From Candidatus Eiseniibacteriota bacterium (GTDB taxonomy: Bacteria; Eisenbacteria; RBG-16-71-46; CAZAMP01): a stretch of 64,000 bases of DNA. The stretch spans positions 6,048,001 through 6,112,000 of the forward strand of contig OZ245046.1 in NCBI GenBank assembly GCA_965224245.1, in the 5' to 3' direction. The position numbers were made by a program, and so were the translations under genes. Within the stretch, counting starts at the first letter, position 1, and each line of letters starts with the position of its first letter. This document shows, in pieces, positions 31,811 through 42,411 of this stretch. The notes under the pieces are model-generated. The model saw nothing but the letters and a program-made list of their open reading frames with translations, made no database searches and had not been told where the DNA came from.

Positions 31811-32461
31811 TCAGCGGGGAGCGTGCGCGTGAACGGCCTTGATCGAGCCCCACGTGTGCCGCTCGACCGGCGTGGAGCGGCCGGCGTCGTACAGGCGGAA
31901 TGCGCGCTTGGAGATCACGGCCTCCCAGACCGGGTGCCCGAGGAGCGCCGAGCGAAAGCAGCCGACCTCCTCGTCGAGCACCGCGCTCGCCCAGCCCCAC
32001 TCGGGCGGATAGCACAGGATCGCCACGATCGAGACGTAGTAGCGTCGGCCCTCGACCGTGGGCACGGGCGCGGTCAGCGTCGCGCAGTAGCGGCCGAGTC
32101 CGCCGGGGCCGGACGACACGTCGAAGTCGTGGGTCTCGAGCTCGGCGATCGGGAGCCCCGGGCAGCCGCCACCGTCGGTGTAGAAGCTGATCCGGAACCC
32201 CTCGGGTCGCTTCGCCGAGCCCGACCAGAAGACGCCCCACCACTCGACGGCGCCGACGTCGTTGCCGTTGCCGACGAACCAGTCCGCGGACTCGCTGAGA
32301 AAGGCCGAGCAGCGATCGTCGATGGACGTGATGCCGAGCGCCTCGACGGGAAGCTGCTCCCACGCGACGGCGCCGCCGCACGCGGTCTCCGCCGGGGCGG
32401 GCGCCGGCGAGAGCCACACAGTCAGCGTGATCAGGGCGATCAGCGACGATCGACTACGCAT
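31811..32461 (-). CDS. Secreted protein, paralog of the adjacent gene, with TPVERHTWGSIKAV tag
   Basis: Signal peptide; SESADWF...WWGVFW...GFRISFY shared with 30846-31661. Confidence 0.8.
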   Translation of the reverse strand: MRSRSSLIALITLTVWLSPAPAPAETACGGAVAWEQLPVEALGITSIDDRCSAFLSESADWFVGNGNDVGAVEWWGVFWSGSAKRPEGFRISFYTDGGGCPGLPIAELETHDFDVSSGPGGLGRYCATLTAPVPTVEGRRYYVSIVAILCYPPEWGWASAVLDEEVGCFRSALLGHPVWEAVISKRAFRLYDAGRSTPVERHTWGSIKAVHAHAPR

Positions 32462-32491
32462 CTACGCCTCCCGGCCGGCGGATGGGGTTCG

Positions 32492-33325
32492 TCAGGGCGT
32501 GGACCGACGACGCGGCGGCGTCGGTCGGAACATCATCACCGTCAGATCGTCGGGTTTGCTCGGGCCGTCGCCCGTCGTGTCGACCATGCGGGCCCGCGAC
32601 GCGTCCATGACGCGCGTCAGGGCCGCGGGGATGGGGCCCTTCCGCACGGCCTCCACGATCTCGCTGGCGTAGAGGTTGTCGGTGAGCCCGTCGCTGGATA
32701 GTAGCACGGTGTCTCTCGGTGCGAGCCGCATCGACGATCCGATCTCGATGCGCATGTCCGGCGTGCCGACCGCGTTCGAGATGACGTTCCGCTCCGCATG
32801 GTGTACGGCGTCCTCCTCGGCGAGCACCCCGGCCTCCACCTGATAGGCCACCGGCGCGTGTGAGACCGTCTGGAGCTTCACGCGTCCCCGCTGGCCCACG
32901 ACGAGGACCTCCGAGTCGCCCACGTGGTACGGGCGCAGCTCGTCGCGCACGATCTCGGCCACGGCCAGCGTGGTGCCCGCGCCGATCCCCAGCGCCAGGA
33001 TCTCGGCGTTGGCGGCCTCGATCGCGTTCAGGATCGCGGTGCGGAGCCCGTCTGCCGGATCGTCGACGGCGGCGACGCTGGTGGCGAGCGCATCCACGGC
33101 GATGCGGGCCGCCCGTCCGCCGGCGGCGGATCCGCCGAGACCATCGGCCACCGCCAGGACGAGGGCGTCGTCGGATCGGGCCAGGACGAGCGCGGCGTCC
33201 TCGTTCGGCGTCTTCTTGTCGGGCGAGCGCGCGGTCTGCACACCGACGGTCCCGATCGACACGTCGTGCAGCTCGGGGCTCGACATGTCGTCGGCCGCGT
33301 AGACTCGCGCCACCGGAGCGCTCAT
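32492..33325 (-). CDS. PP2C/PPM-family protein phosphatase
   Basis: NEDA, AVADGLGG, HVGDS, SSDGL, DDLT motifs. Confidence 0.9.
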   Translation of the reverse strand: MSAPVARVYAADDMSSPELHDVSIGTVGVQTARSPDKKTPNEDAALVLARSDDALVLAVADGLGGSAAGGRAARIAVDALATSVAAVDDPADGLRTAILNAIEAANAEILALGIGAGTTLAVAEIVRDELRPYHVGDSEVLVVGQRGRVKLQTVSHAPVAYQVEAGVLAEEDAVHHAERNVISNAVGTPDMRIEIGSSMRLAPRDTVLLSSDGLTDNLYASEIVEAVRKGPIPAALTRVMDASRARMVDTTGDGPSKPDDLTVMMFRPTPPRRRSTP

Positions 33326-33477
33326 CGTTCGCGACCGGATGAGAGATCGTGACTCAAGCGACACCTCGGAAGACACGATCATGCGCCGGAGGCGTCGTCT
33401 TGAACGATCGACGCCGTGACCATCCCTGGGCGGAATTCCGAGGAGAGTACGCGAAACCACACACAACGCAAGCGCGG

Positions 33478-33548
33478 GCGTTCCCACGAGTGTACCCGGG
33501 TGCAAACCGCTCGCACCGCGCGCTCGTCTCCACGGGTGTACCCGGGTC
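33478..33548. repeat. 46-bp array, left remnant (about 1.5 copies)
   Basis: GTGTACCCGGGT at 33490 and 33536. Confidence 0.8.
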
Positions 33549-34510
33549 TGAACCGCCCCCGGTTTGTCGGAGGGTCGATTCCTCGAGAGGATGGAGTCCA
33601 TGGGACGTTCAATCATGTTCTCCCCCGAGGTCCGCGAGCGGGCGGTTCGGATGGGTCGGGAGCACGAGGGCGAGCACGACTCGCAATGGGCCGCGATCCG
33701 CTCGATCGCGACCAGGATCGGGTGCACGCCGAGACGCTTGCCCAGGCGGAGCCCGACGGTCGAGCAACGTGATGGTGTCGTTCATCGATGAACACCGGGA
33801 CACGTACGGAGTCGAGCCGATCTGTCGGGTGGTGCCGATGCTCCGTCGACCTACCACGAGATCAAGGCCCAGGAGCGCGATCCATCGCGTCGCTCGGCTC
33901 GGCGTCGTCGAGACGAGACGATCTGCACGGAGTTCGGTCGTTCCGCTCGGAACCGCTTCCACGACGTCCACGGCGCGAAGAAGACCTGGAAGGAGCTGCG
34001 TCGCCGGGGCCTCGACGTGGCGCGACGGACGATCGATCGTCAGATGCGCGCCATGGGCCTGCGTGGCGCGGCTCGGGGTCGTGCGTTCAAGACGACGGTG
34101 GGAGCGGATCTGGCCACCCGTCCGGCCGATCTCGTCGACCGCAACTTCTCGGTGGCACGTCCGAACGCGTCTTTGGTGACCGATCTCACGCACGTATCGA
34201 CCTGGAGCGGGTTCGTGTTCGTGGCGTTCGTGATCGACCCGTTCTCGCGTCGCATCCTGGGCTGGGGTCTCGGGGTCGCTGCGTACCGACACGGTCCTCG
34301 ATGCTCTGGAAGAAGCCCACCTCACGCGTGGAGCCGCGCTCACGGGGCCGCTGGTTCATCACAAGCGAGGCGTGCGATACCTCTCGATCCCCTGAACCGA
34401 GCGTCTGGAAGACGCCGGGATCGAGCTCTCGGTCGGGAGCAAAGGCGACAGCTACGACGACGCGCTGGCCGAGACGTCATCGGGCCGTGCAAGGCGGAGC
34501 TGATCCGTAC
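33549..34510 (+). mobile_element. Decayed IS3-family element (IS51/IS6110-like left end); frameshifted and truncated transposase
   Basis: Left end TGAACCGCCCCCGG; OrfA FSPEVRERAVRM..SQWAAIRSIA; OrfB fragments FIDEHRDTYGVEPICRV, DLVDRNF, VAFVIDPFSRRILGW, SKGDSYDDALAE in different frames; no right IR seen. Confidence 0.9.
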
Positions 34511-34632
34511 GCGCACGTCAGCGCGCGTGTACCCGGGTGCAAACGGCTCGCGCCGCGCGCACGTCAGCGCGTGTGTACCCGGGTGCAAACGGATCGTGCC
34601 GCGCGCACGTCAGCGCGCGTGTACCCGGGTGC
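34511..34632. repeat. 46-bp array, right part (about 2.6 copies), overlapping the stop of the efflux adaptor gene
   Basis: GCGCACGTCAGCGCG(C/T)GTGTACCCGGGTGC at 34511, 34557 and 34603. Confidence 0.9.
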
Positions 34633-36004
34633 CGTCGGCGACGTCGCTCGGCGGGGTCACGATCAACGTCTCGCCGGCGTCGACGCCGCTCTCGATCTCC
34701 ACCACGCGGCCTCCGCGCACGCCCACGACCACGTCGCGGCGCCGGGCCCGACCATCCTCGACGACGAACAACGCCTCACGGCCGTCGCCCACGTCGAAGA
34801 GAGCGCTCGAAGGGGCGGTGACGACGTCCCGCCGCTCGGCCGTCACCGCGCGAACCTCGACCCGGAACGCATCGCCCAGGGCCGCCCAATCTGTGCGTGG
34901 CGACGTGATGTCGAGCCGGACGTTCACGCGCTGCTCCTCGACCCCGAGGGCCGACGTCTTCGTGAACCCCGACGGCTCGACCACGCGGATCACCGCGTCG
35001 AGGGGGGTCGCGCCGCCCCATCGCTCCACGATCGCGCGCATGCCGGGACGCAGGCGTACCGCGTCGCGCGAGAGGAAGTCGGCCACGATCTCGAGCGAGC
35101 GTGGATCACCGATCTCGACCAGCGCCTGCCCGCGCTCGGCGATCCCGGCGTCCTCGCGCAGCACGCGGAGGATGCGACCCGACACCGGGGCCCGGATCAC
35201 GACCTCGGCCGCGGCGACGCCGCCGTCCGGGGAGGCACCGCCGTCCGGGGAGACACCGCCGTCCGGGGAGACGTCGCCGTCCGGGGAGGCACCGCGGTCC
35301 GGAGAGGCGCCGCCGTCCGGGGACACACCACCGTGTGGGGACACACCGCCGTGCGGGGACACACCGCCGTGCGGGGACACACCGCCGTGGGAGGGCACGG
35401 TGCCATCCGCCGTCGCCCCGATCGCGCCGACCTCGAGCGCGGCGGATGCCTCCAGCGTGGCCCGCGCCGCGTCGACCTGGAACGCGGCCACCTGGCGGGC
35501 GAACTCCGCGGACGCGTGCGTCGCCTCGGCCGTCTCGCGGCGCGTGCGGACCTGGTCGACCTCTTCCTCGGAGACCCCGTCGCTGGCCCGGAGCGCCAGC
35601 ACGCGCTCCAGCGACGAACTGGCGAGCGCGAGTTCCGAGCGCGTCCGCGTCACGTTGGCCTCGGCCTCACGCAGCGCCGCTTCGGCCGCGCGCAGCGTGG
35701 CCTCGGCCTGGGCCCTCGCGCGGACGTCGAGGAGCGGGGAGGCGGGCGAGGTCAGCGTGGTGATCGGATCCCCGGCCTCGACCGCGTCGCCGGGGTCGAG
35801 CGTGACGCGGGTGATCATCCCCGAGATGGGCACCGTCAGCGTGAACCGGTCGATCACCCGCGTGCGGCCCTCGGTCACGATCGTCTCCAGCACGTCTCCG
35901 CGCTCGGCGGTCACGAGCTCGCAGCCCACCGGCTTCGGCAGGAACCCGTAGACGATCGCGGCGAGGACGATCAGCCCCACCACGATCACGGTCACGCGTC
36001 GCAT
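34610..36004 (-). CDS. Efflux periplasmic adaptor subunit (MacA/HlyD-like) with internal repeat insertion
   Basis: N-terminal TM anchor; IRAPVSGRILRV; EPSGFTKTSALGVEEQRVNV. Confidence 0.9.
   Translation of the reverse strand: MRRVTVIVVGLIVLAAIVYGFLPKPVGCELVTAERGDVLETIVTEGRTRVIDRFTLTVPISGMITRVTLDPGDAVEAGDPITTLTSPASPLLDVRARAQAEATLRAAEAALREAEANVTRTRSELALASSSLERVLALRASDGVSEEEVDQVRTRRETAEATHASAEFARQVAAFQVDAARATLEASAALEVGAIGATADGTVPSHGGVSPHGGVSPHGGVSPHGGVSPDGGASPDRGASPDGDVSPDGGVSPDGGASPDGGVAAAEVVIRAPVSGRILRVLREDAGIAERGQALVEIGDPRSLEIVADFLSRDAVRLRPGMRAIVERWGGATPLDAVIRVVEPSGFTKTSALGVEEQRVNVRLDITSPRTDWAALGDAFRVEVRAVTAERRDVVTAPSSALFDVGDGREALFVVEDGRARRRDVVVGVRGGRVVEIESGVDAGETLIVTPPSDVADGTRVHAR
35216..35395. 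repeat. 18-bp coding repeat, 10 copies (SPHGGV/SPDGGA)
   Basis: Counted in DNA and protein. Confidence 0.95.
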
Positions 36005-36046
36005 CGAGAAGACCTCCTCACCCGAGCTCCGGCGCTCCCGCCGCCG

Positions 36047-38407
36047 TCATGCGCGCGTCTTCAGGACGCGCACGAGATCCAGGTGGTCGAGCCGGCGTCG
36101 CACGATGAAGGCCGAGATCAGCGCGGCGATCACGATCACGGCGGCGCCGAACGAGTACGAGACGCTGGAGACGATCGCGGGAAAGCGCATCGTCTCGGAG
36201 TTCATCTGAGTCATCGAGCCGACGGCCATCGCATGGCCCAGCACACTGCCCAGGGGGAGGGCCAGAAGCGTCAGCACCGCCGCCTCCCCGAGGAGGATCC
36301 ACGAGACCTCGGCCCGGGTGAGCCCGAGCACCCGGAGGCTGGCCAGCTCGTGGGCGCGCTCGGACAGCGAGATCCGGACCGCGTTGTACACGACCCCGAA
36401 CGCGATGATGCACGAGAGACCGACGCTGAACGAGAGCGACATCAGGAGATTCTGCGCCAGGAGCTCCTTGAAGTTCTCCATGACGATCGTCTTGACTCCG
36501 ACCCCCGCGATCACCGGGCGTGCCTCGAGGTCCCGGAGGAGGTCCCCACCGACGGGACCGGTCGCCAGGTACGCCCCCGAGACCACCGACCCCTCGCGCA
36601 TGACGGCGTTCAGCGCATCCAGATCCATGTAGGCCGAGAGCCCGACGAAGTCGTCGAGAAGCGCCGCCACCTCGACCTCGCGGACCGGTCGCGACCCCTC
36701 GAGCACCTCCAGGGTCAACGTCTCACCGACGCCGACGTGAAGGGCCTCGGCCAGCACCCTCGACATGGCCACGCCGTCCCGGGGCACCGGCACGCGGCGC
36801 AGGCGCGCGTCCAGGATCGGGCGGAGGCGTGCATCTCCCTCGATCCCGGTGATGCCGGCCAGACGCGACCGGTGCTCGCGCCGGAGCCGCACCGGCACCG
36901 TGCGGTAGGGCTCGGCGAACGTGACGCCGTCGAGCCCCTCCAGCTCGTGGAGGGCGGCCCGCGAACGCGGCTGTTGAAACGTCACCGCCACGTCCTCGAG
37001 CTGCATCGAGTTCTCCTGCGCGTCCATGACGAAGTAGATGATGTCGACGAACGAGTAGCCGAGCACCATGATCGCGGTGGCCATCGCGATGCCGAGCACG
37101 GTGAGCGCCGAGCGACGTGGGCGGCGCTCGAGCTGGCGGACGATCATCCGGCCCGCGGGGCTCAGAAGGTGCCCCAGGCCGAAGCGCTCGACGAGCGTCG
37201 CGCGATACGTGGGCGGCGCCGGAGGCTGCATCGCCTCGGCCGGGGGCAGCGCCACGCCGCGGCGCACCGACCCCATGGCCCCGCCGAGCGCCGCGAGCAC
37301 GCTGACCCCGCACGCGACCAGCGGCGTCGCCGCACCCATCCGAAACTGGACGTTCGGAAACGAGAAGTACTCGGTGTAGAGAGCCGTCATCTCGTATCCG
37401 AGGTACAGACCCGCGGCCACCCCGACGACTGCGCCGGTGAGCACGATCGCGAGCACCACGGTCGTGTAGTGGAGCGCGATCGCGCGCGTGGAGTATCCGA
37501 ACGCCTTCAGCGCGGCGATCTGCTCGCGCTGTGTGGTGATGAGCCGCGTCATGACGATGTTCACCAGGAACGCGGCGACGATCATGAACACGATCGGGAG
37601 CAGCCGCCCGGTGTTCGCGAGCTGCTCGATCTCGTTGGCCACGAACCAGTGGGAGAGCTGCTCGGCGCGGGGGACGGCGCCGAGGCCGCCGTAGGGGGCC
37701 AGGATCTCGTCCACCCGGGCGATCACGCCGTCCGGCGCGACGCCGGGCACGAGGCCGATCGCGACGTCGTCGAACGCCCCTTTCATGTCGGTCGCCGCGG
37801 CGAGGCCGTCCTCACCGGTCCAGAGCACGCCGTAGCGCCGGTCGTCGGGCAAGAACTCGCCGGGGGGGATCGTGTACACGAACTCCGGCGACAGCGCGAC
37901 GCCGACCACGTGGAACTCGCGGCGACGGCCGTTGACGATGGCCACGATCGCGTCGCCGGGCGCGTACCCGTTGGCGGCCGCGAAGTTCTCGCTGACCAGC
38001 ACCTCGTCCTCGGCGTGCGGCCGGATGTAGCGGCCCTCGCGGATCAGCACGTCGTTGAGTGACGGGTGCCCGGACTCGGGAACGCCCACCATGTGGCCGG
38101 TGGCTGGCACGTCCAGGGTCGGCACGTCCAGCGTCACGTCCACGACGACACGGGTCTCGACGCGGGCGACGCCCTCGACGGCGTCGAGCCGGTCGCGCAC
38201 GGAGTCCGGCGCGCGCACACAGGAGGCGAAGACGTCGGCGAACCGGAAGTCCGAGTAGTACGTCATCTGGGTCACGCGGAGCGACTCGAGGGTCGTGAAC
38301 ATCGACACGTACATCGTGATCCCGGCCGCGACCACCAGCGCGATCGCGATCGCCTGGCCGCGAAGGCGCCAGAGGTCGCGGACCGCCTTGCGGTGGATCG
38401 CTCTCAT
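36047..38407 (-). CDS. ABC transporter permease (FtsX/MacB-like, duplicated)
   Basis: [12 protein letters not shown] and [13 protein letters not shown] motifs; multiple TM helices. Confidence 0.9.
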   Translation of the reverse strand: MRAIHRKAVRDLWRLRGQAIAIALVVAAGITMYVSMFTTLESLRVTQMTYYSDFRFADVFASCVRAPDSVRDRLDAVEGVARVETRVVVDVTLDVPTLDVPATGHMVGVPESGHPSLNDVLIREGRYIRPHAEDEVLVSENFAAANGYAPGDAIVAIVNGRRREFHVVGVALSPEFVYTIPPGEFLPDDRRYGVLWTGEDGLAAATDMKGAFDDVAIGLVPGVAPDGVIARVDEILAPYGGLGAVPRAEQLSHWFVANEIEQLANTGRLLPIVFMIVAAFLVNIVMTRLITTQREQIAALKAFGYSTRAIALHYTTVVLAIVLTGAVVGVAAGLYLGYEMTALYTEYFSFPNVQFRMGAATPLVACGVSVLAALGGAMGSVRRGVALPPAEAMQPPAPPTYRATLVERFGLGHLLSPAGRMIVRQLERRPRRSALTVLGIAMATAIMVLGYSFVDIIYFVMDAQENSMQLEDVAVTFQQPRSRAALHELEGLDGVTFAEPYRTVPVRLRREHRSRLAGITGIEGDARLRPILDARLRRVPVPRDGVAMSRVLAEALHVGVGETLTLEVLEGSRPVREVEVAALLDDFVGLSAYMDLDALNAVMREGSVVSGAYLATGPVGGDLLRDLEARPVIAGVGVKTIVMENFKELLAQNLLMSLSFSVGLSCIIAFGVVYNAVRISLSERAHELASLRVLGLTRAEVSWILLGEAAVLTLLALPLGSVLGHAMAVGSMTQMNSETMRFPAIVSSVSYSFGAAVIVIAALISAFIVRRRLDHLDLVRVLKTRA

Positions 38408-38480
38408 CGTCGCACGCCCCCGCTCGCGTCCGCTGCGATCGCCGCCGTGCGGGTCACGCGGTGTGTCACCTCGTCGAGCC

Positions 38481-39206
38481 TCACCACACCAGCTCCTCCG
38501 GGGTGAGTCGGGTCGCGTTCCGCTCCACGCCCACGATCTGTCCGTCCGCGAGCCGGATCACGCGATCGGCCAGCGCGGCGATCGCGGCGTTGTGCGTGAT
38601 GACGGCCGTCGTGGTTCCACGCTCCCGGTTAGCCCGCGCGATGGCCTCGAGCACGGTGATGCCGGTGGTGATGTCGAGCGCGCCGGTCGGCTCGTCGCAC
38701 AGGAGCACGTCCGGGTTCTTGGCGATGGCCCGCGCGATTGCCACGCGCTGCTGCTCGCCACCGGAGAGCTGCGACGGGAAGTGATCGGCCCGCTCGGTGA
38801 GCCCGACCAGGGCGAGGGCGTCGGCCGGCCGCATCGGGTCCCCGGCGATCTCGGTCACCAGCGCGACGTTCTCGCGGGCGGTGAGGCTCGGGATGAGGTT
38901 GTAGAACTGGAAGACGAAGCCGACGTGATGGCGCCGGTACGCGGTGAGGTCGGCCTCCGTCGACTCGGTGAGCACGTGGTCCCGGTAGGCCACCGAGCCC
39001 GACGTGGGAACGTCGAGGCCGCCCAGGATGTTCAGGAGCGTCGACTTCCCGCTTCCGGAGGGGCCGAGGAGGACGACGAGCTCGCCCTCGAAGAGCTCGA
39101 GGTCGACGCCGCGCAGCGCATGTACCCGGACCTCGCCCGTGACGTACGTCTTGGTGACGCGCGTGGCGCGGAACACGGTGGCGAGTGGGGGCGCCGTCTG
39201 GGGCAT
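38481..39206 (-). CDS. ABC transporter ATP-binding protein (LolD/MacB-like)
   Basis: [40 protein letters not shown]. Confidence 0.95.
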   Translation of the reverse strand: MPQTAPPLATVFRATRVTKTYVTGEVRVHALRGVDLELFEGELVVLLGPSGSGKSTLLNILGGLDVPTSGSVAYRDHVLTESTEADLTAYRRHHVGFVFQFYNLIPSLTARENVALVTEIAGDPMRPADALALVGLTERADHFPSQLSGGEQQRVAIARAIAKNPDVLLCDEPTGALDITTGITVLEAIARANRERGTTTAVITHNAAIAALADRVIRLADGQIVGVERNATRLTPEELVW

Positions 39207-39526
39207 CGCTCACGTTCCATTCCCGAGCACGGCCGTCGCTCCTCGACGCGTCGTTCGTCGACGCGTCGTCGCTCGACGAACGAGCTTAGCACCCGGGACG
39301 GCATCCCACAGCCTCGACCGGCGGTCGACGTCCGGAACGCGGCCGGCCCACGCTCCGGAGGGACCACGGGCACTCGCCGTGCCCCGTGCACGCGGAGGCC
39401 ACTCCGGCATTGTATGATTGCGGGGTGTCCAGCCGGGCCGCCCCGCCGCGCCGAGCCATTCAGGGGCCGTGATCGGCGGCGCCGGGCGACGCGGGGAACC
39501 CGGTCGATCTCTCGGAGGAGAGCGGG

Positions 39527-40441
39527 ATGGAGAGACACTCGGAGAACCGTCCGCGGAGAGTGAGCGTCGTGCTCGCGACGACTCTGTTGCTCCGGGCGTC
39601 GGGCATGGTCGCGGCACCGATCGATACGCCGGTCACCACCACGTTCGACGAGTCGCTCGAGGGCTGGTCGATTCCCCCGGAGCAGCTCGTGGATCTCATC
39701 TACATGGGCGCTGGCGGTAATCCGGGCGGTTTTGCGCTCTTCGGCGAGACGAACCCGACAGCGACCGAGATCGAGGCACCACCGGTGTACCTCGGGGACT
39801 GGTCCGAGCTCGACGGTGTCGGACGCCTGCAGTTCGACCACAAGATCCTCGAGCTGGGGGAGCTGCCGGACGGCCCCCCGTATCTCCCCTACGAAGCGGT
39901 CATCACCGGTGGCGCGAATCGAGCGCGGTTCGTGTCCGCGGAGACCGCCGTCGAGGAGTGGAACACGGTCACCGTGCCCATCGAGGAAACCGAGTGGTCG
40001 ATCGAGAAGGGTACGTGGAGCGAGCTCCTGACGAACGTGGAGAGTCTTCGGATCCGGATCGAGCTCGTCGCAAACCCGGGTAGCACGGTGGATGATCAGG
40101 ACGGCATCGACAACGTGTCACTGATGGGGGCGATGGCCGGCTTGGCCACCGGAACACCGGATGTCTCGGTCTCGATGCTCGTGGAGCCGAATCCGTTCCG
40201 GGCTCGAACGGCGGTCGTGATCTCCGGTACCGCGACCGCCCCCGTGCGAGTCGCCCTGTACGACACGGCGGGACGCCGCGTTTCCCTCCTGTTCGACGGT
40301 GTCCTCGACGCCGGCGCGATCCAGCGCATCGTCTGGGATGGGCGCGACGCGTGGCACCGCGTCATGGCGCCGGGCGTCTACCTCGTGCGCATCGTGGGGC
40401 GCGACATCGATCGTACGCAGAAGATCGTCCGAATCGAGTGA
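39527..40441 (+). CDS. Secreted protein: laminin-B-like domain plus FlgD-Ig tail
   Basis: Signal peptide; EAPPVYLGDWS...LQFD...IDNVSL; PNPF...LYDTAGRRV...VWDGRD...PGVYLV. Confidence 0.7.
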   Translation: MERHSENRPRRVSVVLATTLLLRASGMVAAPIDTPVTTTFDESLEGWSIPPEQLVDLIYMGAGGNPGGFALFGETNPTATEIEAPPVYLGDWSELDGVGRLQFDHKILELGELPDGPPYLPYEAVITGGANRARFVSAETAVEEWNTVTVPIEETEWSIEKGTWSELLTNVESLRIRIELVANPGSTVDDQDGIDNVSLMGAMAGLATGTPDVSVSMLVEPNPFRARTAVVISGTATAPVRVALYDTAGRRVSLLFDGVLDAGAIQRIVWDGRDAWHRVMAPGVYLVRIVGRDIDRTQKIVRIE

Positions 40442-40458
40442 CGCAAGGGGTAGAGTTG

Positions 40459-42345
40459 ATGAACGAGCGCCACGACATCGGAGCCGGTCGGCTCCTGGAC
40501 CTTCCCTGGAACTCGACCTGGCACCCTCGCCCGGCGCCGTGCGTGAGCCTGACGCGGGCCCTCGCGATCGGGCCCGTTCTCGGCGCGCTGGCCGCATTCG
40601 CCGCGCCGCCGGGCATCGCCTACGCGGTCGGGCTCCCGATCCAGATCGACGGCGACTACGACGACTGGGACGCCTCGGCCGTCGTCGCCACCGATCCCTC
40701 CGGCGACGACGGTTCGTCCGGGATCGACTTCACGGTGCTCCAGATGGCCGACGACGGCGAGCGGGTGTTCATCCGCTTCGACACCACCGCCGAGGTGCAG
40801 GGCGACGAGGGGCAGTCCCTCGTGGTCGCGTTCGACACCGATCGCAACGCCGGCACCGGGCAATGGGTCCACGGAGTGGGAGCCGAGCTCATCTGGCAGC
40901 TCGGGGCCCGGACCGGCAACCGGTATCCCGGCGGCGCCGGCGTCGGGCACGCCGAGATCGGACTCGTGCTCGCTCCCACGGTCAGCGACGTGGCCATGGA
41001 GCTGGCCCTCGATCGGGACGCATCGCCGGGCGGCTCGCCGCTCTTCGGAGGGCCGGACGTGGACGTCGTGGTGTGGGACGATGCCCCGGGCGGCGACGTG
41101 ATCGGCGTAGCCACGTACACGTTCGTCGACGACACGTTTCCGGTGACGCCGATCCCGCTCGGTCGGGACGATCCCGATCACGTCCGCATCGCCGCGTACA
41201 ACGTCGAGAACGACGGCCTGTTCGACGGGGGATCCACCGAGGCCGCGTTCGATCGCCTGCTGAGCGCCGCGGACGCGGACGTGTTCGTGTTCTGCGAGCT
41301 CTGGAGCTACGACGCCGCCGACGTGGTGGACCGGATGGAGGAGTTTCTCCCGCCGTCCGGGGGCGAGAGCTGGTACGCCGTCAAGCGCGACGCCGGCAAC
41401 GTGGTGGCCTCGCGGTTTCCGATCCTCGACTCCTGGGAGATCCTGCCCGGGAGCCGCCTGACCGGCGTGCTCGTGGACCTCCGGCCCGACACCGACTCCG
41501 ACCTCCTCGTCGTCGCGAACCACTGGAGCTGCTGCACGGCCGACGGCAACCGCCAGATGCAGGCCGACGCGCTGATCGCGTTCCTGCGCGACGCGCGCAC
41601 GCCCGGCGGTGCGATCACGCTCGTCGAGAACACGCCGATCGTGGCCGCCGGCGACTTCAACCTCGTGGGCCTTCGCCGGCAGCTCGAGACGCTCATCACC
41701 GGGGACATCGCCGACAACGGCACGTTCGGTCCCGATTCGCCGCCGGACTGGGACGGGGGCGACTTCGCGATGACGCTGGCCCGTCATCCGGACGCGCGCC
41801 TCGTCTACACCTGGCGCCGCGACTCGAGCTCGTTCTACCCCGGCAAGCTCGACTACGTGTTCTTCACGTCGAGCGTGGCCACGCTTCACAAGGCGGTCGT
41901 GTTCGAGACGCGCACGATGTCGCCGGCGACGCTGGCCGCGAACGGCCTCGGCGCCGACGACACGGAGATCGCGAGCGATCACGCCGCGATCGTGGCCGAC
42001 TTCACGTTCGGCGCGCTCCTGGGCGCCGCCGACCCGACGGGAGGCGCCGCCCACGCACCGTGGGGGCACCTGGCGCCGGTCAGAAACCCGGTTCACCTCG
42101 GCGGGTCCATCACGTCCGGACTCACGTTGACCGGGGCCGCGACCGTCGACGTGGCCGTGTTCGACACCGTCGGTCGCCGCGTGGCCTCGCTCCTCCAGGG
42201 CCGCCTGCCACCGGGGACGCACGCACTGGTCTGGGACGGACGGGACCACGCGGGGCATCCGGTGACGCCGGGGCTCTACTACCTCCGCGCATCGCGCGAG
42301 GACACGCCGGCGCCGATCGCGACCAAGGTGGTCGTGCTCCGGTGA
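40459..42345 (+). CDS. Secreted endonuclease/exonuclease/phosphatase-family protein plus FlgD-Ig tail
   Basis: AYNV, AGDFN, LDYV, SDH motifs; tail VFDTVGRRV...VWDGRD...PGLYY. Confidence 0.85.
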   Translation: MNERHDIGAGRLLDLPWNSTWHPRPAPCVSLTRALAIGPVLGALAAFAAPPGIAYAVGLPIQIDGDYDDWDASAVVATDPSGDDGSSGIDFTVLQMADDGERVFIRFDTTAEVQGDEGQSLVVAFDTDRNAGTGQWVHGVGAELIWQLGARTGNRYPGGAGVGHAEIGLVLAPTVSDVAMELALDRDASPGGSPLFGGPDVDVVVWDDAPGGDVIGVATYTFVDDTFPVTPIPLGRDDPDHVRIAAYNVENDGLFDGGSTEAAFDRLLSAADADVFVFCELWSYDAADVVDRMEEFLPPSGGESWYAVKRDAGNVVASRFPILDSWEILPGSRLTGVLVDLRPDTDSDLLVVANHWSCCTADGNRQMQADALIAFLRDARTPGGAITLVENTPIVAAGDFNLVGLRRQLETLITGDIADNGTFGPDSPPDWDGGDFAMTLARHPDARLVYTWRRDSSSFYPGKLDYVFFTSSVATLHKAVVFETRTMSPATLAANGLGADDTEIASDHAAIVADFTFGALLGAADPTGGAAHAPWGHLAPVRNPVHLGGSITSGLTLTGAATVDVAVFDTVGRRVASLLQGRLPPGTHALVWDGRDHAGHPVTPGLYYLRASREDTPAPIATKVVVLR

Positions 42346-42358
42346 TGTCGCCCGGCCG

Positions 42359-42387
42359 TTGACCCTCCTGGCGCGCCCGCGTACCGT
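42359..42387 (+). promoter_or_regulatory. Candidate sigma70 promoter
   Basis: TTGACC-N17-TACCGT. Confidence 0.45.
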
Positions 42388-42411
42388 TCGGGGCCGGTCC
42401 CGAACCCGGCG

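Noticed and set aside
33478-34632. 46-bp repeats as CRISPR or as IS target-site duplication
   Set aside because: Inter-core sequences are near-identical, and the unit is far longer than the 3-4 bp duplications typical of IS3.
33788-38062. 1424-aa plus-strand ORF
   Set aside because: Antisense shadow of the efflux genes in GC-rich DNA; Arg/Ala-rich with no domain signature.
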